Shown here piece by piece: positions 18,719 to 29,019 of a stretch of 64,000 nt of DNA. Under the pieces are notes generated by a model. The model was not told the DNA's origin and ran no database searches. It saw only the letters and a list, made by a program, of their open reading frames with translations. The DNA comes from an uncultured Pelagibacteraceae bacterium (lineage in GTDB: Bacteria > Pseudomonadota > Alphaproteobacteria > Pelagibacterales > Pelagibacteraceae): positions 35,740-99,739 of the forward strand of contig CACITE010000002.1 of NCBI GenBank assembly GCA_902589505.1. Reading direction: 5' to 3'. The position numbers and the translations under genes are program-made. The stretch's first letter is position 1; each line of letters begins with the position of its first letter.

Positions 18719-19348
18719 TTATTTTATTACTTGAGCGATACCAAGCCAAGCATTTACGTCCTTGCTAGCTATATAGTCAGATTTAAAAAATTCTTTCATT
18801 TCCCAATTTTTTTTATCACTTAGTTCTTTAATTTTTTTATCAAAACCATATTCTTCGTAAATTCCTTCATTGATAGTAAAGCAAATTAACCCCCCGTTTT
18901 TTGTAATTCTAATAAATTCTTCAAGAGCATTTGGTTTAACATGCGCAAAAGTAAAAGTCCCAACACACATGACAGCATCATACGTATCATTATTTACTGC
19001 AATAGTTTTGTTTAAGTCAGCTTTCATAATTTTTTTATATAAACCTGCGGGGATTAAATTTAATAATTTTTGTGATAGATCAGCTCCATCAAAATTATTG
19101 TATCCAAACTTTTTTAGTTCAATCCCCACCAACCCAGTTCCACATCCAGCGTCAAATATTTTAATATTTTTATTCTGGGCATATTTTTTGAAAACATTAG
19201 CAGTTTCTTTTGGCCCAGTATAATTCCAGGCTATCATATCTTTGTCATATTTATTTTCCGCTCCCCACTCATCGTAATATTTCATTACTTCGTTTGTAGT
19301 TTTCAATTTGTAGATTGGTACTTTATTACCTACGTCTTTTTGTGACAT
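18719..19348 (-). CDS. class I SAM-dependent methyltransferase
   Basis: Motif I IFDAGCGTGLVG. Its start lies 5 nt after the fdhA stop (same strand). Confidence 0.8.
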   Translation of the reverse strand: MSQKDVGNKVPIYKLKTTNEVMKYYDEWGAENKYDKDMIAWNYTGPKETANVFKKYAQNKNIKIFDAGCGTGLVGIELKKFGYNNFDGADLSQKLLNLIPAGLYKKIMKADLNKTIAVNNDTYDAVMCVGTFTFAHVKPNALEEFIRITKNGGLICFTINEGIYEEYGFDKKIKELSDKKNWEMKEFFKSDYIASKDVNAWLGIAQVIK

Positions 19349-19353
19349 TTATA

Positions 19354-22134
19354 TTAGGCTTTTAATACTTCGGCTTGATCTTTTTCGGCTACAACTTCAG
19401 TTTTAAATTGATTTGATATTTTTTGAACTTCGACAGCTGATACTTTATATTCAGCACACATTGTTTCTTCATCTTTTCCGTGGCCGGTTACCATATTGAC
19501 CATGTGTTCAGGAAAATGGAAAGTAGTAAAGACTATACCTTCTTTCACTTTTTCTGTAACTTCAACTTTTAAAGAGACTTCACCTCTTCCTGAATAAAGT
19601 CTAGCAACATCACCTGTGTTTAGCTGTCTGTGTTTTGCATCTTTAGGATTAATTAATAAAAAGTCTTCATCAACAATTTTAATATTTTTGGTTCTTCTAG
19701 TCATTGTTGCCGCGTTGTAATGTTGTAGAACTCTACTTGTAGTTAATATTAAAGGGTAATCTTTTTTGTTTTTCTCTAGTTCACTGCTTTCTTTAAAGTC
19801 AAAATATTTAATTCTACCTTTTCCTAATTTAAATTCTTTTTGATGTAAAATTTTTGTGTCGGTTCCATCTTCTTTAACTGGCCATTGCAATCCTAATTTT
19901 CCTAGTCTTTCTCTTGTTATTCCTTTAAAGAAAGGAACTACATCTGCAATTTCTGCCAAGACTTGATCAGCATCATATGTTGGTTGATTATATCCAAGCT
20001 TTTGCATCATGTCTGTAACTATTACTCCATCGGGTTTTGTTCCCGGAAGAGGTTTTGCAGCTCTGTTAACCCTTTGAACTCTTCTCTCAGTATTTGTAAA
20101 TGTACCATCTTTTTCTAAGAAAGTTGTTCCTGGTAGTACCACGTCAGCATGTTTAGCAGTTTCGCTTAAAAATATTTCTTGAACCACTAATAGATCTAAT
20201 GCATTCATTGCTTTAGCGACATGAGCACTATTGGGATCAGTTTGAACAACATCCTCACCGATAATCCATACAGCTTTTACTTCTTTGTTAATTGCTGCAT
20301 CAAAAATTTGTGGAATTTTTAAACCAGCTTTTGTTGGATGAACGACCCCATATTTTTCTGTATAAAAATTTTGAATTTTTTCATCTGCAACTGGAAAATA
20401 TCCTGCACCTTGATGTGGTTGACAACCCATATCAGCTGCACCTTGGACATTATTTTGGCCTCGCAATGGATTAACTCCAACACCTTTTCTTCCTATATTA
20501 CCTGTTATCATAGCAAGGTCGGCAATTAGCATTACTGTTTTTTGAACCTTGCTCATGTTCAGTCACTCCAAGACCATGAAACTCCATTGAATTTCCTGCG
20601 GTAGCGTATGCAATAGCAGCTTCTTTAACTTGATGTTTATCAACACCAGCAACCTTAGCTAGTTGGTCAATGTCTAATTTTTTAATTCCCTTAAGAAAGT
20701 TTTCAAAGCCTTCTGTTCTGTTCAAAATAAAATCTTCCTTTTGTAACTTAGATTCTATAATGAAATATAACATCATGTTTAGAACCGCCACGTTGGTGCC
20801 AGGTCTTAATCTAATATGATAGTCCGCCATTCTTGCAAGTTCAGTTGTTACTGGGTCTAAAACTATTAGCTTTTTACCTTTCATTACTTGTTGTTTAATT
20901 TTTGCACCAGTAACTGGATGAGCGTTAGTTGGATTTGCCCCAATAACCAAAAACAAATCTGCATGATAAATGTCTTCTGTGGAGTTTGTAGCTGCACCAG
21001 TACCATATGTTTGTTGTAATCCCCAAGCAGTTGGTGAATGGCAAATTCTTGCGCAACAATCTATATTATTTGTTCCTATAACAGCTCTAATCATTTTTTT
21101 GGAAAACATAATTTTCTTCATTTGTACATCTTGCAGAAGAAATACCTGCAACTGCATCTGGACCATTTTCTTTAACTATTTTTTGTAATTTGTTTTTAAT
21201 ATAATCATAAGCTTCATCCCAAGAAGCTTTTTCAAACTTACCATTTCTTTTTATTAAAGGACTTTTCAATCTATCTGGATGATCATAAAAACCAAAAGCA
21301 TATCTACCTTTTAAACAAGTATGTCCTGCATTAACCTCAGTTTCTTTTGGAGTATCAATAGAAACTACTTTACCATTTTTTACTGACGCTTCTAAGTTAC
21401 AGCCAACTCCACAATAGGAACATGTGGTTCTAACTTTTTCATCATAGTTAGCTGATTTAGATGCAAAAACATCTGATATGGCATCAGTTGGACAAGTGTG
21501 TGCACAAGCGCCACAAGATACACAAGATGAGTCACCAAAAAGCATGTCGTTATCAGTTGTAATTTTTTGACTCAAAACCTCTTCCACTCATTGTTAAAAC
21601 AAAAGAACCTTGAATTTCATCACATGCTCTTACACAACGTCCACAATTGATACAGTTATCTAAATTCATTCGCATATATGCATGCGATGTATCTTTTGGG
21701 GTTCCTTTATTTTGTTTAGGTTTATTGTAACGGTGTTCGTTTATTCCTAAATCATTAGCTACTGTTTGTAATTCGCAATTATTATTTACTTCACAAGTTG
21801 AGCATGTCATAGGGTGATCAGTAAGAACAAGTTCAACAATATTTTTTCTTAAATTTTCTAAATCTTTATTATTGGTAATAATATAAGAACCTTCGGTTAC
21901 AGGAGTATGACATGACGCTACTGTTTTTGTAGGTCCATCTTTTTTTAGAGCCACATCCACTGAGCAGACTCTGCATGCTCCATAAGGAGCTAAATTGGGA
22001 TCATCACATAAACTTGGAACTTTATCTTTACCTACGTGTTCACGGACAAATTTTAATACAGAAGTATGTTCAGATTTAATCTGATGTGCAACTCCATCTA
22101 TATATGCAATTTTATGACTTTTTCCGTTTTTCAT
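19354..22134 (-). pseudogene. fdhA: NAD-type formate dehydrogenase alpha subunit (FdsA/FdhF-like, Cys-type) split into four ORFs by three +1 frameshifts
   Basis: Four consecutive ORFs give 2Fe-2S and 4Fe-4S domains, then the molybdopterin domain (TNEENYVFQK|MIRAVIGTNNIDCCARICHSPT, GLGVTEHEQGSK|TVMLIADLAMITGNIGRKGVGVNPLRGQNNVQG). Breaks are at + strand T-runs 21563-21568, 21094-21100 and 20538-20543. Removing one base at each gives about 925 aa. Confidence 0.9.
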
Positions 22135-22141
22135 AAATCCC

Positions 22142-23377
22142 CTAAGCGCTCTGATTTATATCATCTTTAAATTCATGGGTAAAATATTTTAGTATGTTGC
22201 TTATAGGCACTGGAATCGCTCCACATAGGGCGCACAAACAACCTTTTTTCATGGTTACAAGCAATTCATTTAAAAGTTTTATTGGTATTTTGTTTGATTT
22301 ATTTAATGCTTGATCAAACATTTCTTTACCTCGATAAGAACCTAGCCTTCCAGGAAAACACTTTCCACAAGATTCATCGGATGAAAATTTGAATAAATGA
22401 TGAATATACTTAACCATACTAAATGATTCTGGGATACTTACTACACTTCCGTGTCCAAGCATAAAGCCGGCTTTAGTAAACTCTTGGAAATCTAAATTGA
22501 GTTTTTCCACTTCTTTAATTGGAATAACGCCACCCAACGGACCACCAACTTGAAGAGCTTTTACGGGTTGGACAAATCCTTCACCAATTTCATTAATTAT
22601 TTTTTTCATCGGTGTTCCCATGTCAATTTCATAAACACCAGGTTTTTTAAATAAACTATCTAAGCAAACAAGCTTGGTTCCAGCAGATTTAGCATTTCCT
22701 ACAGAAGAAAAAGTTTTAGCTCCAAATTTTAATATACAAGGTATAGCGGCTAACGTTTCAACATTATTCACAACAGTAGGCTTTTTATACAAACCTTCTA
22801 CTACTGGAAAAGGAGGTCTTACATCAACCTCCGCTCTTCTTCCTTCAATTGAAGCTATCAAAGCAGATTCTTCTCCACAAATATATGCTCCTTGACCAAT
22901 GCAAATTGTCATGTCACAAGAAAAGTTAGTACCTAAAATATTTTTTCCTAAAAGGTTTGCTTTTTTAAGCTCGTTGATAGCTCCATTAATAATCTCTATA
23001 GATTTTGGATATTCCCCTCTTATATATAAAACTCCTTCATCGCTTCCAATAATATATGCACAAACTAACATGCCAAATATTACTTTCAGTGGTTGTTCTT
23101 CTAAAAGATATCTATCTGAGTAAGCACCAGAATCTCCTTCATCAGCATTACAAACAACATATTTTTTTTCGACTTTTTGTTGGCTACAAAGATTCCATTT
23201 CATGCCCGTAGGAAACCCTGCTCCGCCTCTGCCACATAAATTAGATTCTGTAACAGTTTTAAGGGTTTCCTTTTTATCTTTTTTTAAAACATTAGAAACT
23301 AATTCCTTAAACTGATCAATTGAAGATAAATCATCGCCCATAAGTATAGTTTTTGTCGCAAAACTTTTGGAATACAT
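22142..23377 (-). CDS. fdsB: formate dehydrogenase beta subunit (NuoF-like, NAD/FMN-binding)
   Basis: GRGGAGFPTGMKW, GEESALI and ESCGKC motifs. Confidence 0.85.
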   Translation of the reverse strand: MYSKSFATKTILMGDDLSSIDQFKELVSNVLKKDKKETLKTVTESNLCGRGGAGFPTGMKWNLCSQQKVEKKYVVCNADEGDSGAYSDRYLLEEQPLKVIFGMLVCAYIIGSDEGVLYIRGEYPKSIEIINGAINELKKANLLGKNILGTNFSCDMTICIGQGAYICGEESALIASIEGRRAEVDVRPPFPVVEGLYKKPTVVNNVETLAAIPCILKFGAKTFSSVGNAKSAGTKLVCLDSLFKKPGVYEIDMGTPMKKIINEIGEGFVQPVKALQVGGPLGGVIPIKEVEKLNLDFQEFTKAGFMLGHGSVVSIPESFSMVKYIHHLFKFSSDESCGKCFPGRLGSYRGKEMFDQALNKSNKIPIKLLNELLVTMKKGCLCALCGAIPVPISNILKYFTHEFKDDINQSA

Positions 23378-23801
23378 TTTTTTTTGAATTTATTTTTTTA
23401 CCTTTAATAATTTCGTCAATTTGATCAATATCATTTCCTGCATAATTGTGACCATTATAGTGAAACGCATTAGTTTCATAGCAATGACCCAAACAAAACA
23501 TCATTCCAATATTATCTTCTCCTAATTTTTCAGATAATTTTTTCCTAATCTTACCTTGTGTTCCTGCGCACATGCATGCACTGCCATTGCATATCCATGC
23601 TTTTTTTTCTTTATGCTCAGGTCTTAAAAATTCATAAAAACTTTCAGCTCCATGAATAGTTGACATACCAACATGGTATTCTTCAGCGAGTTGTCTTATT
23701 TCTTTACCATTTTTACTTTTGCTAGTCGCGTCAACCATACGCTTAAAAAGATTGTCTTTAAGTCCTTTTCTTCCAGAGAGCTTACTTATATTTTTTGACA
23801 T
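23331..23801 (-). CDS. NuoE-like [2Fe-2S] thioredoxin-fold subunit or domain (FdsG-like)
   Basis: C-x4-C (CNGSAC) and C-x3-C (CLGHC) NuoE-type ligand pattern. The 3' end overlaps fdsB by 47 nt across an A9 run. Confidence 0.75.
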   Translation of the reverse strand: MSKNISKLSGRKGLKDNLFKRMVDATSKSKNGKEIRQLAEEYHVGMSTIHGAESFYEFLRPEHKEKKAWICNGSACMCAGTQGKIRKKLSEKLGEDNIGMMFCLGHCYETNAFHYNGHNYAGNDIDQIDEIIKGKKINSKKNVFQKFCDKNYTYGR

Positions 23802-23807
23802 AATTTT

Positions 23808-24644
23808 CTATTTTAAAATTCTACTTTCACCACAATATATATTAAAGCTATCAGATTTTACAAAACCTATTAATGTCATATCGAAGCGCTTTGCCAAATC
23901 AATAGCAAGACTTGTTGGCGCACCCACACCCATTAGAAAACCAATATTTGCCATAAGAGCTTTTTGAACTAATTCAAAGCTTAAACGACCAGAGCAGGCT
24001 ATAAATTGATTTTTTGTATCAAATAAAGAATTTTTAAAACAATAACCTATGACTTTATCCAATGCGTTATGACGACCAACATCTTCTTTAATCACCAAGG
24101 GTTTGCCCTCTTTGTTAAATAAAGCGCTAGCATGTATTCCTCCAGTTTTTGAAAATTCTGATTGATTTTCACTTAAAATATTTGGAATTTTAGTAATTAA
24201 TGAGTTTTTTATTTTTGGAACATTTTTGTTTATTTTTGTTTTACAAATAATTTCTAAAGAATCCATTGACGTTTTACCACAAACGCCACAACTAGAATTT
24301 GTTAAGAAATTTCTTCTCAAGTGCTTTACATCAAGATTTTCTCCATTTTTTAGAGTGGCTCTAATTTTATTTTGTAATTCAAATTTTCCAACTTTTTCAC
24401 CTAAAAATTCAACTTTTTCTATCTCAGAAATTTTTTGAATTATTCCTTCACAAAATAATAATCCAACTAATAAATCTTCATCATTTTTTGGTGTTCTCAT
24501 CGTTATTGAAAAAGAATTGTCTATCCACTTATTTTCTTTTTTATACCGAACAGCCATTTCAAGTGGCTCTTCAATTGAAACCAAATCTTCAATATTTGAA
24601 GATTTATTTTTTTTATATTTAACAGTTTTATATTTTGAATTCAT
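23808..24644 (-). CDS. fdhD: formate dehydrogenase accessory sulfurtransferase FdhD
   Basis: SSCGVCG catalytic loop, GGIHASALF and GRHNALDKVIG. Confidence 0.9.
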   Translation of the reverse strand: MNSKYKTVKYKKNKSSNIEDLVSIEEPLEMAVRYKKENKWIDNSFSITMRTPKNDEDLLVGLLFCEGIIQKISEIEKVEFLGEKVGKFELQNKIRATLKNGENLDVKHLRRNFLTNSSCGVCGKTSMDSLEIICKTKINKNVPKIKNSLITKIPNILSENQSEFSKTGGIHASALFNKEGKPLVIKEDVGRHNALDKVIGYCFKNSLFDTKNQFIACSGRLSFELVQKALMANIGFLMGVGAPTSLAIDLAKRFDMTLIGFVKSDSFNIYCGESRILK

Positions 24645-24645
24645 A

Positions 24646-25155
24646 TTAAAACCACTGAAGTGGGTAGTTTTTTTTTAATATAAGTCTATTATAAATTACC
24701 CCTCCAATTATAATAGTAACCGCACCAACAAATATTGGAAATATTAAAAATTGATATGATTCTTGAGCTAACATTACTAAAATTGTATTTCCTCCAGCAG
24801 GTGGATGTATAATTTTAAACACCATCATAAGCATGACAGTGATGCCTATGGCTATACCTAGGGTTAAAAAGAATACTGTTCTATCTTGAGTGATTTTAAA
24901 AAAAGTTACAAATATAATTCCAACAAGCGCAGCAAGAAGATGACCAAATAATACATTTTTTGGTTGAGCATATTCATTTTCTGGAGATATAAAAACAATA
25001 ACGACAGAAGAACCAAAAGAAGCTGTTAACCAAAGTCCGTAAATAGTTCCAGCCAAAAAAGATTGATAAGTTATATATGAGATAACCGCAATTGTAACTC
25101 CCGCCCCTATTCCAGCAAGTAGTGGCGGCCAGCAAATTATTTTTTTAAATTTCAT
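24646..25155 (-). CDS. HPP-family membrane protein
   Basis: Signature IIHPPAGG within a 4-5 TM protein. Its stop lies 1 nt before the fdhD start. Confidence 0.85.
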   Translation of the reverse strand: MKFKKIICWPPLLAGIGAGVTIAVISYITYQSFLAGTIYGLWLTASFGSSVVIVFISPENEYAQPKNVLFGHLLAALVGIIFVTFFKITQDRTVFFLTLGIAIGITVMLMMVFKIIHPPAGGNTILVMLAQESYQFLIFPIFVGAVTIIIGGVIYNRLILKKNYPLQWF

Positions 25156-25160
25156 AAAGA

Positions 25161-25563
25161 TTATTTACTTAACGCGTCAAGCGTTGTGTTAATAGGCAGC
25201 AACAAACATTCCTTTCTTGATATATTATTTTTCGTCATTATCTTATCAAATTCTTTCCATTCTTTATCAAAAGAATTTGCATTTTTTTTCAAAGCAATTT
25301 TTTACTTGTTCTGCGAACTTTTTAACTTTTTCTACTGATTTATTTTGAGCATTTCTTGAAAGCAAACTAACTGACGCTTGACAATATATGCATGATTCAC
25401 ATTCATATTTGAAATTTGTAATTTTCTCATTTTTAACAATTAAATAAATTTTCATTTCATCTCCACAAATTGAATTTTTTAACTTTGAGAAGTGTGTACA
25501 ATTGTTCAGCACACCATGATTTTCTGTATTTGACGCAATTTTAATGATTTCTTTATCTATCAT
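25161..25563 (-). pseudogene. NifU-N/IscU-like Fe-S scaffold protein interrupted by a +1 frameshift
   Basis: The N-terminal 98-aa ORF has CGD...C..C-type motifs (SICGDEM, CESCIYCQAS). The C-terminal 35 codons continue in another frame (..NSFDKEWKEFDKIMTKNNISRKECLLLPINTTLDALSK*), ending 5 nt before the HPP start. The break is most simply at T8 25282-25289. Confidence 0.7.
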
Positions 25564-25604
25564 TTGAACTTTATTGTATTTTCTTTAAAATTATAATTTG
25601 TTTT

Positions 25605-26228
25605 ATGAACGAACACAATATACTGGGAGCTATCTTAGCAGGCGGGAAATCCAAAAGAATGGGTGATGATAAACTCTTTCTTGAACTTAATAATAAAAAA
25701 CTTATTCAATACTCAATTGATAAAGTGAAAAAATATTTAAAAGATTTAATTATAGTTACTAATATAGACGATAATTTTTTTAGAAAAAATAATTTAACAA
25801 CTGTTAAGGATTGTATCGAAGGTCAACTCGGACCTTTAGTGGGAATACTTACTGCTATGCAATGGGCAAAAAAAAATTCAAATAAATATTCTTGGGTGGC
25901 AACTTTTCCATGCGACACTCCTTTTTTTCCAGAAAGTATCATTAAAAGTTTTATTAAAGAGTCAGAAAAAAAAGACTCTCTAATACTTTGTGCAAGTTCT
26001 CATGGACGCAAGCATAATATTTTTGGTTTGTGGTCCTTAGAACTTTATGACAAACTCAAGGATGATTTAATAAACAACAAGGTAAGGAAAGTCCAGGATT
26101 GGACAGAAAAAAATAAAATAAAAAATTTAGAATTTAAATTTGAGGATTATGATCCATTTTTTAACATTAACACCAAAGAGGATTTAGAATTTGCAAAAAA
26201 GTTAAGCACAAAGATTACAAATGAGTAA
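25605..26228 (+). CDS. mobA: molybdenum cofactor guanylyltransferase
   Basis: N-terminal ILAGGKSKRMG nucleotidyl-transferase motif and GPL.G motif. Confidence 0.85.
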   Translation: MNEHNILGAILAGGKSKRMGDDKLFLELNNKKLIQYSIDKVKKYLKDLIIVTNIDDNFFRKNNLTTVKDCIEGQLGPLVGILTAMQWAKKNSNKYSWVATFPCDTPFFPESIIKSFIKESEKKDSLILCASSHGRKHNIFGLWSLELYDKLKDDLINNKVRKVQDWTEKNKIKNLEFKFEDYDPFFNINTKEDLEFAKKLSTKITNE

Positions 26229-26757
26229 AAGTAATAAAATAGAAGATTCGTTGAACAAAATATTTTCGACATCAAGTTATAAAATGATAGATGTAAGTAG
26301 TAAAGAAGTTACTCATCGCAAAGCTCTTGCTGTAGGAGAAATAATCTTAAATGCTGAAATAATAAAAATGATTAAGAATAAAAAAATGCCAAAAGGTGAT
26401 CCATTAGCTATAGCAGAAGTTTCTGGAATTAATGGTGTAAAAAAAACAAGCGAACTAATACCACTTTGTCATCCATTGTCTTTAGATCATATTTCTATTC
26501 ATTCAGAAATTGATGAATCTAAAAACTTAATAACCGTTTATTGTTTAGTGTCTGCAAATTCAAAAACAGGCGTGGAAATGGAAGCTCTATCGGGGGTTAA
26601 TTCTGCATTGCTTGCCATTTATGACCTTTCAAAAATTGTTGAGCCAAATTTAAAAATTACTAATACAAGATTGCTTTTTAAATCTGGTGGAAAGAAAGGT
26701 TTATGGATTAATCCGAATGGAATACCAGAAAAAATAAAAAAAGTTATAAATCCTTAA
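26221..26757 (+). CDS. moaC: cyclic pyranopterin monophosphate synthase MoaC
   Basis: KGDPLAIAEVSGI and LIPLCHPL motifs. Confidence 0.9.
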   Translation: MSKSNKIEDSLNKIFSTSSYKMIDVSSKEVTHRKALAVGEIILNAEIIKMIKNKKMPKGDPLAIAEVSGINGVKKTSELIPLCHPLSLDHISIHSEIDESKNLITVYCLVSANSKTGVEMEALSGVNSALLAIYDLSKIVEPNLKITNTRLLFKSGGKKGLWINPNGIPEKIKKVINP

Positions 26758-26758
26758 A

Positions 26759-28000
26759 ATGATTTCATATAAAAAAGCTATAAGTTTAATTAATAAAAAT
26801 TCAATTACATTGCCTTCAAAAAAGATTTCTATTGATAAAGCTTTATATAAAATATGTGCTAAGGATATTTTGTCACCATCAAAATATCCATCATTTAATA
26901 ATTCTGCATTCGATGGTTTTGCTTTGGTTTCCAGAGAAACTAAAGGATTAAATTCAAAAAAAACCAAAAAATTTAGAATATTAAAAACTATTGCCGCAGG
27001 CGATAATCCTAAAATAAATAAATACAAAAAAAATTCTACTGTAGAAATCATGACAGGAGCTTTGATGCCAAAACAATTTGACACAATTTTACCAATAGAA
27101 AAAGTTAAATATTTTCCGTCCAATAAAAAACCTACGCATATTATTTTAGATAGAAGTTTAAAAAAATTTGAATATGTAAGATTTGGTGGAGAAGATTATA
27201 AACCAGGAAATCTTGTGGTGAAAAAAGGCGAACAAATCCACGCTAATCACCTTATTACTTTGGCGGCACTTGGAATTAAGAAAATATTAGTAAAAAAAAT
27301 ACCTAAAATAATTTTTTTTGGAACAGGTAATGAAATTATTGATTACAGAAAAAAAAATATACCTTTATGGAAAGTTAGAAATTCAAATAATCTTTATTTT
27401 TCTGCTTTTGGGAAAGGTTTAAATCTAGAAGTTGTTGATGGCGGTGTTATTAAGGACAATGAACCATACAAACTTAAAAAAGCTTTAAAAAAAACAATAA
27501 AATCAGATATTGATTTATTTGTAACTTCCGGAGCTATCTCAGCTGGTAAATTTGATTTTATACCAAAATTTATAAAACAATTTGGATTTCAAAATAAATT
27601 TAAAGGAGCTAAGATTAAGCCTGGACGTCCAATCATGTTATCGAAATTTAAAAAAAAAATATTTTTTGGCCTTCCTGGCAACCCCATATCTATGGTTGTG
27701 GGTTTCAGATTTTTTATTTATCCCTTAATCCGAAATATGTTAGGCATGAATAAGGAAAAAACATTCAAAGCCAAATTGATAAACAAATATTATAAACGAA
27801 AACACTTTACCAATTTTTTAAGATGCTATTTGACAGTTACCAAAAAAGGATCTTGCGAGCTGAAAATATTGAAAGGCCAGCAATCTAATAAATTAAAAGC
27901 ATTAACAGAAGCAAATTGCTGGGGGGTATTCGAAAGTGGCAAAGCAAAATTTAAAGCTGGTGATTTTGTTGAATGTTTGCCTTTAATTCCTAGTAGCTAA
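26759..28000 (+). CDS. moeA: molybdopterin molybdenumtransferase MoeA
   Basis: PSFNNSAFDGFAL, SGAISAGKFDF and GLPGNPIS motifs. Confidence 0.9.
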   Translation: MISYKKAISLINKNSITLPSKKISIDKALYKICAKDILSPSKYPSFNNSAFDGFALVSRETKGLNSKKTKKFRILKTIAAGDNPKINKYKKNSTVEIMTGALMPKQFDTILPIEKVKYFPSNKKPTHIILDRSLKKFEYVRFGGEDYKPGNLVVKKGEQIHANHLITLAALGIKKILVKKIPKIIFFGTGNEIIDYRKKNIPLWKVRNSNNLYFSAFGKGLNLEVVDGGVIKDNEPYKLKKALKKTIKSDIDLFVTSGAISAGKFDFIPKFIKQFGFQNKFKGAKIKPGRPIMLSKFKKKIFFGLPGNPISMVVGFRFFIYPLIRNMLGMNKEKTFKAKLINKYYKRKHFTNFLRCYLTVTKKGSCELKILKGQQSNKLKALTEANCWGVFESGKAKFKAGDFVECLPLIPSS

Positions 28001-28028
28001 AAAAATATTTTTATGATTTAATTTGTTT

Positions 28029-29018
28029 ATGTTAATCGATTCATTTGAACGAAAAATTTCATATTTAAGAGTTTCAGTTACGGATCGTTGTGATTTCAGA
28101 TGTACTTATTGTATGTCCGAGGATATGAAATTTTTGCCCAAAAAAGACGTTTTGTCTTTAGAAGAATTAGATAGACTTTGTAATGCCTTTATCGATCTTG
28201 GCGTAAAAAAAATAAGAATTACGGGAGGAGAACCTCTTGTTAGAAAAAATATAATTGAATTATTTAAAAATATTGGAAAAAAATTAGGGAAAGGATTAGA
28301 AGAATTAACACTTACCACAAATGGATCTCAACTTGATCGATATGTTAAAGACTTGCTTAATGCGGGTGTTAGAAGAATTAATATTTCATTAGATTCTTTA
28401 AATAAAAAAAAATTTAAAAATATAACTCGAAACGGTAATTTTGATAAAGTTATTAAAGGAATAATGGCAGCAAAAAAAGCTGGATTAAAAATAAAAATAA
28501 ATACTGTAGCTTTAAAAGGAATTAATGATGATGAAATTTTAAAACTAGTAAACTGGTGTGGTGAAAATAAATTTTCATTAACCTTTATAGAGGTAATGCC
28601 AATGGGAGAAATTGGAGAAAAAAGAATAGATCAATATATGCCATTAACTGAAGTTAGAAATTTAATACAAAAAAAATATAGTATTAGCGAAGATTCATTC
28701 AGAACCGCTGGACCAGCGAGATATGTACATTGTCATGAAACAAATCAAAAAATCGGTTTTATTACCCCGCATACTCATAATTTTTGCGAACTTTGCAATA
28801 GAGTCAGAATTACGTGTACCGGAGAAATGTATATGTGCTTGGGTCAACAAGATAAAGCAGATTTAAAAACACCTTTAAGAAAAAGTGAAAACAATCGGTT
28901 GTTAAAAGATGTAATACACGAAGCTATTTCGAGAAAACCAAAAGGACATGATTTTATTATTGATAGAAAAGAAAATGAAAATTTTGTTCCCAGAAATATG
29001 AACGTAACAGGAGGTTGA
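28029..29018 (+). CDS. moaA: GTP 3',8-cyclase MoaA (radical SAM)
   Basis: [18 protein letters not shown] radical-SAM cluster motif and C-terminal C..C...C plus GG tail. ATG at 28029 preferred over the TTG at 28023. Confidence 0.9.
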   Translation: MLIDSFERKISYLRVSVTDRCDFRCTYCMSEDMKFLPKKDVLSLEELDRLCNAFIDLGVKKIRITGGEPLVRKNIIELFKNIGKKLGKGLEELTLTTNGSQLDRYVKDLLNAGVRRINISLDSLNKKKFKNITRNGNFDKVIKGIMAAKKAGLKIKINTVALKGINDDEILKLVNWCGENKFSLTFIEVMPMGEIGEKRIDQYMPLTEVRNLIQKKYSISEDSFRTAGPARYVHCHETNQKIGFITPHTHNFCELCNRVRITCTGEMYMCLGQQDKADLKTPLRKSENNRLLKDVIHEAISRKPKGHDFIIDRKENENFVPRNMNVTGG

Positions 29019-29019
29019 T

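Noticed and set aside
21553-21587. In-frame TGA stops at the fdhA fragment ends as possible selenocysteine codons
   Set aside because: The catalytic position is encoded as Cys (CARICH). The stops lie off the conserved reading frame, and continuity is restored by a frame change rather than by read-through.
22674-24438. Antisense ORFs within fdsB, fdsG and fdhD (22674-22895, 22899-23123, 23719-23967, 24226-24438)
   Set aside because: They are inside well-supported genes on the opposite strand and have no motifs.
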